From: Amoebophrya sp. A120
Taxonomy: Eukaryota; Protista; Dinoflagellata
Direction of reading: 5' to 3'
Assembly: GCA_905178155.1 (NCBI GenBank)
Contig: CAJINV010000004.1
Location: 1,240,881-1,304,880 of the forward strand
DNA: 64,000 nucleotides
Both the position numbers and the translations under genes were made by a program. Below the pieces are notes generated by a model that did no database searches, was not told the origin of the DNA, and saw nothing but the letters and a program-made list of their open reading frames with translations. Below, one piece after another: positions 37,701-50,064 of this stretch. Within the stretch, counting starts at the first letter, position 1. The number at the start of each line of letters is the position of its first letter.

Positions 37701-39045
37701 CTGACATTTACAAATCGTATACAAAATCATCTCAGTAGAACAAGAAGCAACACCAAATTATAAGCAAGGAAGAAAAAACACAATACTTTGTACAGGAAGC
37801 TGGGTATCCCGTAGACCGCCCACTGATTCCAAGAGATTTTTCCCGTACTACTGCCAAACTGCTGTTTTCTCGGAACGGGAGTGTTATTCCCTTTTTTGTC
37901 CGCTTCCCTCCGCAGCTCGCTAGCGTAGCAAACCGCCAACTTCACCGCTTCGATGCAAAGAACCGCCGACGCGGTATGGATTGCAAAAATGTCTGGGTCT
38001 GGAAGAATCCAACTTGTCATGCTGATTTTGGATTCTGAAAAATTCTGTATTGCATGAGCAGCAAAGAGAGTCCAAGTTTTGCTACACGGGTGTCATGCGG
38101 TATAGGCATCAGGAAGCCCTCACAAAATCTGTGATGCTAGGGCATGCATCACAGACATCAGGAGTCATGTAAAATGTGCATGACAAACCTGGCAATCTTC
38201 CAGACCCGGACATTTTTACATTTGATACGCGGTGTTGTATTCCAACTTCCCGCATCAACTGTAAAAATGTCTGGGTCTGGAAGGTTCTGACACTTGTCAT
38301 GCACGTTTTGCACGAGCCCTGATGTCTGTGATGCATGCCCTAGCATCACAGATTTTTTGAGAGCTTCTTGATGCCTATTCCGCATGACAAATGCCCTCTC
38401 CGCGTAGCAAAAATTGCATTCCTTTTGGCACTCATGCAATACAGATTTTTCTGGAATCCAAATGCAGCATCACAAGTTGCATTCTTCCAGACCGAGACAT
38501 TTTTACATTTGATATCCCGCTGTCCTCTTCCGAAAACCGGATCAACAGCGTTTATCCTGAGTAAAAACGTACCCACACCAGAGTTGTAATGCAGATTTGC
38601 AAAAACAGGAAGACTTGTAATGCGCATCCCCATGAGATTCATTTCCAATTGTGTTTTGGAATTTGTGATGCTGTGAACAGGATGAGCAGATGAATCTGTG
38701 ATGCGGCTGCACTTGCTAACCTGCACTACGCTGCAGAGTGCAACTTGTCATGCGTGACTCACAAAACTCCTAGGTTTGTGTTGCAAAATCCCCATCCTGA
38801 CTCTGGTGTGGGTACGTTTTTACTCAGGATAGCGGTCCCAGGCTGCTCATCGTGACGTAGTAGACAAAGACCGCAATGTGGAGGGGGGAAAGACCAATGA
38901 TTGCATGAGGTTCCATACTGATCCCGCCTGTGGTCGTGTTGCTGTTTTTGCTGTCTCGTGGTCCAGAATGTTGTTGAAAGTAGCGCTGCAAAGAGGACCA
39001 GAGCTGGCCGTGCAAAACGGAGGCTGACGTCGTGGGCGCGACCAT
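34768..39045 (-). CDS. SLC35A-type nucleotide-sugar transporter with long C-terminal tail (7 introners, 2 GT-AG introns)
   Basis: LLIRFS, YNTASAVLCIEAVKL, IPSFLYAILNNL, QWVALVLL, SGVVNEFLLK, YFDNIVKGFA. GT-AG introns 37609-37793 and 35479-35598; the tail exons are less certain. Confidence 0.88.
34873..35137. mobile_element. TIR introner family B (265 bp)
   Basis: TATTCTGCGGAAAGACGTCCCCA / TGGGGACGTTCTTACTCAGAATA; repeat AACTC. Confidence 0.85.
35195..35411. mobile_element. TIR introner family D-like (217 bp)
   Basis: TATCACAGGAAAAAAGTGTTACAGTTACAC / GTGTAACTGTAACAGTTTTTTCTCGGGATA; repeat ACGCG/GCGCG. Confidence 0.85.
36369..36624. mobile_element. TIR introner family A (256 bp)
   Basis: Repeat ATCCT; restores FAGEDVNISF. 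Confidence 0.92.
36689..36943. mobile_element. TIR introner family A (255 bp)
   Basis: Repeat TTGCA/GTGCA; inverted relative of 12661-12912; restores KGFA(S/R)CVQV. Confidence 0.92.
37975..38227. mobile_element. TIR introner family A (253 bp)
   Basis: Repeat CGCGG; restores YNTASAVL. Confidence 0.92.
38253..38514. mobile_element. TIR introner family A (262 bp)
   Basis: Repeat TCCCG; left end reads CAT instead of TAT; restores DSGKLEY. Confidence 0.9.
38553..38831. mobile_element. TIR introner family B (279 bp)
   Basis: Perfect 32-bp TIR TATCCTGAGTAAAAACGTACCCACACCAGAGT; repeat GCGTT/GCGGT. Confidence 0.93.
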
Positions 39046-39694
39046 CTTGTGTTTTCCCTAGGGAAATCGCTTTAGAGTTGTCGCTGAAAATATCTAATCT
39101 AAGCTACTGAAGCGGACTAAGCAGCAAGAATTGCAGACCGAAGGTCAATGACTTCTTTGTTGTTTCATGCCTTTCTTCGTTCAAAGATGCAAATGTAGAA
39201 TGTGTAGCCAAGAGACCCTGCTCCGGTAAGTGTGCCTTACTCACTCTCAAACTCGCTCCGGCTACTGCTTAATCACTTGAAGCTGTCCTCGAACAGCTGT
39301 ACTCGAACAACTGTGAAAAGAGGAGCCAAGCAGCACCGTCAGCCGCGCGAAAAAGTAGGAAGCGCGGGACTGTTCCGCGCTTCCTACTTTTTCGGGCGGA
39401 GCATGTTCAACATGCTTCGGAAATAAACTTATCTTCTTCTGTCGTTCATTTTTTGAAATTTTCCGTAGCGCGCGTGCTAGCGAAATTATACTATGCTGTT
39501 ACAAAGACGGAACCAGACACATATACGACCTTTGTCGCAGCTGCGAGGCAGCGTTGCTCGCGGGGGGGCCGCACTGTCGTGTGTCGAACGTCGTGTAGGT
39601 ACATTGATACTGTCGCTGGGAGAGGGGGGTTGGGGTAGATTGTTTTTCTTTGGCGAGCTCAATCAGGTCTCGAAGAACAACACGACCACAATCG

Positions 39695-40436
39695 CTACAC
39701 CGGTAGTCTTCGGTTGTCGTTTATGTAGTCCACTGCGTAGGAAACTGGTGGCGTCTCCAACACTGTACTTACACCCGGCACCATCTTCAGCGTTGCAACG
39801 ACGTTGGGCAGGAAAGTGGCGAATAATTTCCAAACGCCATACAGCTCGAGGAGGAAACCTAGATTTTTTTTATTCGTGATTTTTTACACTTACCTGTCAC
39901 GCGTTTGCGAACGTCGTTGCATGGAACTAATTTATACATCCCTTTCAATGGCTGTATGAGTCGCGTGCATACTATGCAAGGAATCAGCAAGCAGGCGCTG
40001 GTGCTACCTAGTGCCAATCAAAAAAAAATAATCATTTATACCGACAAATGGCCAGCCGTATATGATTATTATGACTCCGCCGAAGAATATGAGTGATGGC
40101 ACGGTCTTCTTCACGAAAAACTTCGTCGTTTTTTCCGGTCCGAGCAGAAAAACCAGCCCTGCGAGGAAGCCGAGGTTCCCGAGTGTAAGGAGTGCTCGGT
40201 CGAACAGGAAGAGGCAGCCGAGGAATATCAGGAGCTGTTTTTCGAGTTTTACGGAACATACTTTCATCATACGATACCACGCTCGCGTTCTGACTCTGAG
40301 ATATCTTTTTGGTTTTAGATCAAATAGAATGATTATCGTGGATGGAGCAAATGAAGCAAAACAATCAAGAAGTTCATTTTTATACCAGGCCAAGGGCACA
40401 AAGCCCCATGCCAATCTTCCTGTTGTCGTCTATCAT
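39695..40436 (-). CDS. GOT1: Vesicle transport protein GOT1
   Basis: MIDDNRKIGMGLCALG, FLFDRALLTLGNL, GWPFVGFLLELYG, ends RLPV*. GT-AG introns 40235-40385 and 39859-40041. Confidence 0.93.
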
Positions 40437-41349
40437 TTTTCAATGCTGTTGATGCAACCCCGCCGGGATGCGCCTGGATGTCGTTCTTGCGGGGCCGGAC
40501 AGCACCCGGTGTTGGGATGAACTCGTTCTAACTGAAGTGAGACGTCGTGCTTCTCCACCTCGTCATTTTGATACTCCAGCCCCGGTTTTATGTTTCCGCA
40601 GAATTAGTTCTGGTGCTTCGGCTGCAGACGCCAGAACGGTCGTGGTGCAGCCATGATTTTCTTCGTATTGCTCCTCCCAATCGTGTACGCAGTTCTTACA
40701 CTTTGTAAATAAACAACGAAAACTTATGGGTCAAGATCCGGCGAGGATAAAAATTCCTTGAAAAAGTACTCAACAACACTGTATTCTATACTCTACTACT
40801 ACTGCACCTAAGATGTTCTTTACCTGAAAAGTAGAAAAGGATAAGAAAATTTCTAGGCATCAGAATATTTCAAAGCACTTCCTAGCACGACCTACGGCCT
40901 TACGCAATGGATTTTACTTTTACAGCGGTCCTGTCATATTAGATGAAATTACTTCACAAATCATCAAAAGCGAGACAACCTTGCACGCGACTCGATGTGT
41001 TAGATTGTTCTTGGCTGTAGTTTCTGCTCACTTCTCGTCGAGCGAGTATCCTCGTACTTTGCTTCGTCTGAACATCTTCCGTTTTGCTTTTTTTCCACGA
41101 AGAGTCGTGCGTTTCCGACTCACCGTCAACTTACTTATTTTGTCTCATTTTATTCGATTGCGCGAGCGAGTATCAACAAATCAGGAAGGTGTAGTACAAT
41201 GCAGTAATTCGAAACTCATAGAAATGCTGCGACCAGTACGACCATCAACAGGATCCTTGCCACTATACGTGACAAGTAAGCTCTTGAAGATGACAACTAG
41301 ACAGGACGTCCTGTTATCGCGGCCCATATCAACATTTATTCATGATCTA

Positions 41350-43173
41350 TCAGCATGCATTCAGTAGTCTCCGCCACTTCCATGTTTCGCCGTTTCTGTA
41401 TACCCCGTCATCTTCCTCTTCGTCCACGTAGACTATCGACAGCCATATCTTCCCCTGCGGAAACAGCTTAAACTGCTGCACATATCAAAGTGAAAGAAGC
41501 CCCCTCCCCATATTGAAGCGGAAGCTTCTGTTGCTGGATTTGTGTACACACATCAGATTTGTCTTGCTGTAGAAGACTGCAGGCCTATAGGAAGCCTGAG
41601 CGGAGAGGTTTTGGGCAAGGCGCCGAGCATGGCAGACGTCTAGTCTGCACGGCCAACAGCATCACAAACCGCCTGCAGGATGCGGCGGAGCCTGTGGAGT
41701 TCCGTTCTTGCAAGACAGAGACGATTTGTGGTCACAAATCAGCATCGCAAATTTTTTGAAAGGCGCCTTTTCGATATGGGGAGGGGCGATTTTTCCTCAC
41801 GATAGCACGTCATCCATCTCGATGATGCTCTTCACGTCCGTAGAGCTCAACTATCGAATGCAAACATGTCTGGGTCTGGAGGGTTGGAACTTGTGATGCT
41901 GCATTTGGATACCAAAAAAATCTGTATTGCACGAGCAGCAAAAGGAGTCTAATTTTTGCTACGCAGCAAGGGCATTTGTCATGCGGAACAGGCATCAAGA
42001 AGCCCTCAGAAAAACTGTGACGCTAGGGCATGCATCACAGACATCATGGCTCATGCAAAACGTGCATGACAGGTCTCAGAACCTTCCAGACCCAGACATA
42101 TTTGCAACGCATATCAACTCAAGCGACCCGATCTCGCTGCTACCAAGCAGATCTTGGGAGCGACAGGTGATGTGCAGCTTGTCCTCTTCCTCAGTGGGGT
42201 CGAAATTCAGCTGCAGACACTCTTTCAGGACCTGATATTAACGGAATTTTTGTTATTGTTTTTCATTCTACTATAATTTCATGCACAAACACAAACAACG
42301 TCGACATTATTTGATGCAACAGAAACACGCTTGAAACTGAGCTCCCCGGCGCGCCACGAATTCGTATGCTACACGTCAGACGCATCTTTTCCTTCGCAGG
42401 CACTATAGTAGTATACCGCCCCGCTTCCCGCACTCTTGTGCACCCTCGTCCTTACCCTTTCGTTGCTCGCGAGGCTGAGTTCCACGAAGAGGTCGTTCGT
42501 TTTCATGATAGATGACGCGGATAGCTCCTCGACTTTGAAAACGTATACCTCTATTGGCCGTTCGCTTGTCCCAAGTCCGCAGCAGGCGTACACGTCCTTC
42601 ATGCTAAATCTGATAGAGGAGAGTCGCAGAGATGAATTATGTTGACACGATAACTGTACTAGTCGTAGTCCTAGTCGTACGTAGTGCTTCTCGAATAAAC
42701 AAAATTACATTTTTCATTCCGAATAAAAGAACCTGAAATAGCTCCACGGCCGCGCAAACAAAACATCCAAATTCATGAACTTACCTGACCAAAACCTGGT
42801 TTTCGATGCCGAGCAGGATCTTGATTCTTTCCCGCATGATGAAAAGCAAAAAGAACGCGAAGAGAATCAGCCCCGAGCTGGCGAAAACATTCAAATGCAC
42901 GCCGATTTCCGCCAACCCAATTCCCACCCACTCAAAATATTGCCCGACGTTCCAGTCCGGCAGAATGGCCAACACCAGGAGAAGAAACACGAAGTTCGCA
43001 ACGAACGCAAGGGTGTAAAACGCAAGTAACTTCGCTTGCAAGTGCTGGCCCAGTTTCCGTGCGGCGGGGGTAGGCAGCCCGGTCAGGTAGAAGGGGAGGA
43101 TGACGATAGCAAAGAAGCCGAAGGTAATGATGAGCAGCAGCCAATCCTGATATTCCACCGGGAACGAGGACAT
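41350..43173 (-). CDS. Membrane protein (3 N-terminal TM segments) with C2-like C-terminal domain
   Basis: Hydrophobic exon 1; NDLFVELSL...RVRTRV, LHITCRSQDLLGSSEIG, GKIWLSI. GT-AG introns 42610-42784 and 42232-42416; two introners. Confidence 0.7.
41483..41804. mobile_element. TIR introner family E (322 bp)
   Basis: Ends ...GATATGGGGAGGGGCGATTTTTCCTCACGATA; repeat GCACA/GCACG; restores MDDVQQFKL. Confidence 0.87.
41852..42113. mobile_element. TIR introner family A (262 bp)
   Basis: Repeat TCAAC; restores SLELSSTDV. Confidence 0.92.
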
Positions 43174-44016
43174 TTTCGCTGACTTCAAGTTGTAGCACCT
43201 TGGTTCAGCTCTCCGATCAAAACGTAACTGGTTTTTAACCACGCGAGGAACCACACTGCGTGTGGAGATGTTGTCAAGTGCGCAACAACTCCAGAGTAAA
43301 CCACGGGACGGCGGCCATAGTTTAGTTCTTCATGGACATTATAATCCTGCTGGCTCTTACTTCCTCCCTCATGATCTGTTGAAAAGTAGTCTCCACGCTT
43401 GTTGTGGGTCTAGATAGGTCGATGCGTCTTTCACATGTTTCTGGACCACGGAGGCGCTACTTTATAAATCCATTCACCGACTGGTTGTGGTAAGTACTCC
43501 TCGCGAGATTTCTCCTGCCAAGGGCAGCATCGGAAAAGAACAACCCAGTCTTGGGTTCCTGCGGACCCCAAATCCACAACAGCAGTGCTGGAATGCAAAG
43601 CAGAGAACCACCCGATGCGGGTACTACGCTGTGGGTTCTTGTGTAGCAACTTCTATATTTGACTGGTTTTCTCTCTTCTTGTTATTCTCGTTTGAAAACT
43701 TCATTGTCGACGTCAATGCGTGCTTCTTAATTGAATACAGAGTGTCTCTTTGGAAGTGTGAATATATAACCTTCTTCACTACAGGGAACCATGCTAGTAA
43801 AAGCAGCACAAAGCCCCTGCCTCCCGGTTCTAATTTGAGTTGATGCTCTTGAAGATAAACTGAAGAAGTCTAGACTAGACAATAAAGCGTGTGCTTTGCA
43901 ATTGCAAAAATCATTAGAAAGTCGTACAAACCACGATCGATCCGTTCAACGAATCGATACGATTCGTACGGCTCGGCGCGTAGAGTACGTTCGTGTTTAG
44001 TTGCGCCGCAACTTCT

Positions 44017-47000
44017 TCAACCCCGGCCTCCGCCTCCGCCCCGCCGGCTGTTCGGAGGGGTTTTCTGCGCATTCCCTTTTTTCTTGTTTTTTTCCCGCAT
44101 TTCGGCCTCCCGTTCCTGCCGTTCGCGGAAGCGTTGCCGGCGTTCCAAGCGCTCGGCCTGCTTTTCGCTTCCGACGCGCATCGAGACAAAGAACAGCTTC
44201 CACATAATCAGGGCCTGATAGTACATGACGATCATTTTTGTATGTGATTTCTTGGTCTACTTCCAAAGCGTCATCAACATGGCAAACCGACACGTCGATA
44301 AAAACGTGAAATCGCTATCGCAAGATGAAAATGATCTAGAATCTTCAATTAATACAATTATTGTTGTGCTGCCGTCCTTCCAGGGGAATATCAACTTCGA
44401 GTTCGCGCCCCACTCTGCGTAGGGGCCCCACCAGCGCTGTTCCCCACATTCTATTTGCTCTGCCGCGGCCTGAGCGAGTTCTATCCCAGTGACCCGGTGC
44501 GCGTGTACATCCCACCATCGATTCGACCGGATGTCATACTCTATGTCACGGTACTGGTAGATCAGCTGAATTCGCTGGGTGGCATTGCGGTTACTGTTTT
44601 GGATACAAGTTTTTAGGTCAGTGTCAGTTTTCTCAACTGGGAGTTTGTTTTCATTGCATACAGTCCGACATTTTTTGTCATGTGCACTATGGTTTACCCT
44701 TAGAAAATGAGTTACTCGTGCGTACCACAATTCATATGCGCGACATGGGAAAAAAATTATGTCGATAATACTTCTCATAGCCATCCTGCAACTCCTTCAG
44801 ATCGCCCCGGAGAAGGCTCCAAGATTCCGGCGCTCGGGATCCCAGCAGCGAGGCGAGGCTGTTTTTCACATGATCACAAAACATCAACTCCATGTGTTCT
44901 ACTAAAAATACCTCGAGCACGCAACTACTTCTGAGCCCATTGAAGAAGCGGTCGGTAAATTTGCAAGAACCGTGAGCAACAAGCAGTACTAGCAGTGCTG
45001 CTCGTTGCTGATGTTTCTGCGCATCTACTTTGTCCAAAAGCAAGCATCCAAACAATTACCATGCACAACTATTATTTGTTTCCTACCTCTTGATCCACCC
45101 GGGTAGCGGCGCCTTCCCGTGACTCGCAATCTATCAAATGCAAAAATGTCTGGGTCTGGAAACTTGTGATGCAAGAAAGGGAAGAGTAGGGAGCTCACTG
45201 TAATGCGCTGTCCAGCATGACAAGTTTTTCCGTGGTTCAGAGTTGCGTAATCCGCATGAGAAACCACGTTTTTGAATGACAGATAGGAAGCGCTTTTCGC
45301 GGGCACGCAATACAGAGTTCAGAGTCATGCCAGACTAGCATGACAAATCTGGCAATCTTCCAGACCCAGACATATGTGCAGTTCATACAATCATCCGCGG
45401 CACGATCTGGTGCAGCGTGGTCTCTACCCGCGAGGAGGTTTATCGAAATGAAAAAACCCCCCTCCCCCTATCAAAACGAAAATCTGTGTTGCGGGATTTG
45501 CGTACACAAATCAGCTTTGTCTTGCAGTACAGGACTGCAGGCAGATGCAAAGCCTGGAAAGGGGCGCTTAGAGGTGGCCGCTTCGCATGGCAGACGTCTG
45601 CCCTGTTGGCACAATAGCACTACAAATCGCCTGTGTAATGCGGGAGGAGGGACCTGGCTTTGCTCTCTTGCAAGACAGACCCTATTTGTGGCCGCAAATC
45701 TGCATGACAAATTTTCAGAAGGATGCGCTTTCGATATGGGGAGGGGGGATTTTTCCTCACAATAAGGTTGGCACGATCCCGACACTGGGCCGATCCTCGT
45801 CATCTTGGATTCTGTTCCGCATCGCCAGCCAGTTGTTGGATTCCGCGACCCGGAAAGTGAGCATTTTCCTATACGCCGGCTTTTCCTCCGGCGGTTGTGC
45901 CGCCGCAGCTCCGGTTTCCTCCCGCGACTTACCCCCTCCCGTGTATTCCTTCGACAAATGTTGCTGCGCATTTGCAGCAGCAGCTTCCACCCCCATCGCG
46001 GGCACCTCGTAGTAGTCTTTTTTCTTATTCCGCGTCCCCCGGTTTTCTTCCAACTGCACCACTCGCGGCGGGCTCTTCACCGCCGCCTTCTGCCCCGGCG
46101 CGGCCTGCTTCTTCGGCGGCAGGGAAACGGAGTTGGGGCAGAAGAACTCGGTCCCGTAAATGGGCGGGGAAAGGAGTTGCCGCACGTTCAGGGAGAAAGG
46201 CGGGTCGGCCGAGGTGGTAGTTGTAGTTTTGTCTAACGCGTCAAATTATGAACTGCAAAAATGTCTGGGTCTGGAAGAATGCGAGATTTCTTTGTCATGC
46301 TGATTTTCCATGACCCCTGACTTCTGTGATGCATGCCCTAGCGTCACAGATTAAAATCTTTTTTCGTAGAAAAAAGATTTTACTTCCTGATGCCTATACC
46401 GCATGACAAATGCTCTTTCCGTGTAGCAAAAATTGGACTCTCTTTGCTGCTCATGCAATACAGATTTTTTTAGAATCCAAATGCAGCATCACAAGTTCCA
46501 ACTTTCCAGACCCAGACACTTTTGCAATCCATACAAATGCTTCTGAAGTTGTATCGAACACCACATGGAAGTGGTGGTACCAGGAAAGCAAGCTGGTCAG
46601 CAAATAGACAAAAACCAACACCTGCTTTTTCACAAAGTGCCCCCCCGGATACAAGATCCCGACCCCCGCGGCCTCGACCGCCGACAGACCGCCGGGACCG
46701 AACACTTTGCCCGCCTTTTCGTCGATCTTCCTCGCCGTGCGAAACAGTTTCAACCCAAACACGATGGTGGTCAGGAAAAACACGAAGGTTAAGACGGTCT
46801 GCAGCTCGTCCGGGGTCGTTAGGGTGTTCAGATTGGCTGTCGTGAGCCGCGCGACCAGGAACAGTATTGGGTAGAAGCATACGACGGCGAGGAATATGTG
46901 CCGCATTTCCGCCCAGGAATATTCTACTTGCTCGTTGTCGAAATGAAGCGATACGCTCTTCACTTCCCCCTCTTCGTCGTAATCTGCTAGTTTTTCCTGC

Positions 47001-48899
47001 TCGTTGTTCTTTCTCTTATTTAATAGCGTTGTGTTCTTCTTGTTCTCCAATGCTTGTTGTACTCCCTCCCCCTCCGAGTTTGATCCTGTTCCTGTAGCAC
47101 CACTGCCCGATGAACCACTGGCGATTTTGCTCGCGATCTCCACCTGCTGGGCAAACGCTTCTTCGTCCAAGCAGCCCCAGTTCTTCACCACCTCCCGGGG
47201 GAGACGGAGCCAGTGGTAGGTCCGCCCGACGTTCCGGTTGTCTAAGCGGCAGCCGATGGAGATGAAGAGGGCGATCAGCAGGAGCGGCGTCCAGGCGGAG
47301 GCTTGCAGTCCGACAAAGTACATGAGCACGTTCCCGGCGAGGAGAAAGAGGGCGACTTCCTTATCCAAGAAAAAAACACCATCACAATCACACTTGGGAA
47401 GTTTTGCATCAGAAATTTGTCTCGCATACTAAATTTTTCTTGTATTGCAAAAACACAAAGGGAAATCGCCTACAACTCTTGACTGTGATGCAGTTTTGCG
47501 CATGACAAAAATTTTTGTATTGCAAAACTGCGCAAAAGTGATTGTGATGGTGTTTTTTTCTTGGATATTCCTTCACCCACATGTATTTCGAGGTCCAGCT
47601 GTTCCCGCACAACGCCATATGCACTGCAAAAGCATCGTACTAGTATAAATCGCATGACAAATTAGCTCAGCAGGAGAAATGAAATTTGTAATGCGGGTTC
47701 AACTTAACAAAGAAATTTCTAATGCAGAAATGCGATCGGTACGAGTACGATACTTTTGCAATGCATAAGCCACGATGGGCAGCAACACCGTCGCGGAGAC
47801 GATCCAGAACCAGGTCAGGTACCGCACGAACACCGGGCGCGGGTCCAACCGCAGGTACCAGGCCAGGCTGCTCGGCTCCGGGAACTCGTAGCTGTAGGTG
47901 AGCCACGTAAAGTCCCAGAGCGACGCGCACACCAGCGGTGTCCGGTCAAACTGGTCGTTGCCGAAAAGGGGCAGCACCTGGCTGCCGGTGGTGGAAGAGG
48001 AGAAAAAGGTGAAGAGAAACCGGAACAAACAGAAATTCAGGGCGGGTCTGGTGCAGTGGCTCCAGTCGGCGGTGCTGATACCGAGAACGGAAACGAGAAG
48101 CCCCACTTCAATCAGCAGATTGTCGTAGTCCCTGATAAAATAATTTGCAAAACATCTAGAAGCGAGATTTATGCTGCTCGTCTAGAAGATGTTGAAAGAG
48201 GTTGTATCTACTATACACTTCAAATTTTGACACGACCGATGCCGATCATCTATGACCATCAAAATGTTGAAAGAACAGGTTGTAAACAAATAAAGTTGTA
48301 CTTCCAAAACAGCATGGGCCCGGAAATTGCGTTCACTGCTGCGTACACGATGGTGTTAAACAGCAGAATTATCCGCGGCCCATTGACGCCGAGCTCATAG
48401 TCGCCCAATAGACTGAGCAAGATGCTCAAAACGAGGCCGCTGACGAGGGCGTAGCCCTGGTTGATAGTTTAAGAAATTATGATTGTGGTGATTTATTCTG
48501 CAACCTCCCTGTGTGACGGTGAGTTTGATCGGTGAACAAAAGCACAAAAAACTAAATGAAGCCGCTCCGACAATCAAGAAGTACTTACTAACTTACCACA
48601 ATATCCTTCATCGTTGTCGGGCTCAACCAGGACGGAAAGACCGCATCCAATTTCGAACCCAGAATCCCTTGGCACCCGTACAGTCCCTCCACATGCTGCA
48701 ATACCGACGCGAAGGCGAAGAGGAAGCAAACGCCAAGAATTCTCGTGATCAGAAAGGATGTCTCCGTGGTCGCCGATATCCTGTCGACAACATCCTTGGC
48801 CGCTTCTTGTTCTGTAGAAGCCGTGTCTTGCTCATTTTTGTTCTTCCCCCGGGCACTTCCCGGGGCGCTACGAGGCGTAGTCGTCGCGCTGGCGCTCAT
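44017..48899 (-). CDS. Lipase maturation factor (LMF)-like ER membrane protein (some exons unresolved)
   Basis: RILGVCFLFAFASVLQHVEGLYGCQGIL, DNLLIEVGLL, FCLFRFLF, LWDFTWLTYSYEFPEPSSLAWY, IYQY...RWW resemble LMF motifs; five introners. Confidence 0.65.
45132..45387. mobile_element. TIR introner family A (256 bp)
   Basis: Repeat CAATC; restores PRMIASHGK. Confidence 0.9.
45441..45764. mobile_element. TIR introner family E (324 bp)
   Basis: Repeat AGGTT; interior related to 41483 and 33613; restores VPTSSRVE. Confidence 0.9.
46247..46533. mobile_element. TIR introner family A (287 bp, carries an extra hairpin)
   Basis: Repeat CAAAT; inverted relative of 13313-13565; restores SEAFDALDK. Confidence 0.9.
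47362..47567. mobile_element. TIR introner family D-like (206 bp)
   Basis: Perfect TIR TATCCAAGAAAAAAACACCATCACAATCAC; repeat TTCCT; restores WVKEVALF. Confidence 0.92.
47618..47767. mobile_element. TIR introner family F (150 bp)
   Basis: TATGCACTGCAAAAGCATCGTACT / AGTACGATACTTTTGCAATGCATA; repeat CGCCA/AGCCA; restores PIVALCGN. Confidence 0.88.
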
Positions 48900-50064
48900 G
48901 GACGTTTATTGTGCTCTTAGCGGCACCCCAGGGCGGCCGGCGGGGTTTACTTGGTTCGCGGCAAGCAGGCAGAGCGGAGCAAGTCGGCGGGGGATAAATG
49001 TATGACGAGAGCAGAAATACCACTACCACGTCATCTTCGCCGGTATGCTTGTTGTAGGTCGAAAAACAGAAATGAATTCTTGGAATCTTCTCTACTTCGT
49101 GACAAATTTACTACACTGTATTGAAACGAGGGCAAGGTACTTCTGTGGTGATGGGTTTATGTGATCGTGTGGCAGTCACTTTTTATGAATGTTGGCATCG
49201 GGTTTTTGTTCATACCTTTACTTTATGCTTACAAATCAATGTTGAAAATAAAAGGAACGTTGAAAAAGGGTTTCAAAAAAAATGTTGAAATCTTTGCACT
49301 ATGCGGCGAGTTGTGTTCATCACAAGGAGACCACAACAACTTCATCTTGTTTGATATGTTGTAAAGTCGACATGATAGACTCCCAGAACTCTTCAAATGC
49401 TGGATCTATTCATTGATGAAAAAAAAACTTCTGACCGTACTATTGCTCGTAGTACTAGAGTACGGCTAAACAAAGTATTTTCTGTACAAGTGCGTTTCTG
49501 TTCAAACACAATGGAAATTCAGATCTTCATAGGGAAGAAAAAACCTCTTAGCCCGAGCCACAATATGGACTTCCACACACATGGACTTCTGATCCGGCCT
49601 GCTTACGAGGACCAGATCTGCTCGTAGGGTAAAGATGTCGCTGAAAAGAAAAAGGAAGAGAAAGTTCACAAATAAAAATGGAAGGTAATGCGGATGGGAA
49701 AATCTTCTTGCATCTAAAACCGGCAGTTGAAAAATCGTAAAAAAAATTCTGGATCGTCTGGACCAAGCGGATCATCGCGATTTCGCAGCTGCTGGAGGTC
49801 GTGCCCTTGATTAAATTACCGAAAAGCAACATGCAGCGGGGAAAGGGTCACACAACTCTGTCATCTGGCAAAGTACTTGAAATTTCATCTTGAGAATGCT
49901 TCATCTCCTGGTTCGTCTACGAAGAGTGAAGGATGAGGATCTATCTTTTGGAAAAAAAAAATAAGCGGTGGTCCTATGTTGTATGTTCACACACGCCGTG
50001 AAAGAATGCAAAGGAAAACATCACATCAGCCACATGATTCACTGTTTCGCAAATTAAATCATCC

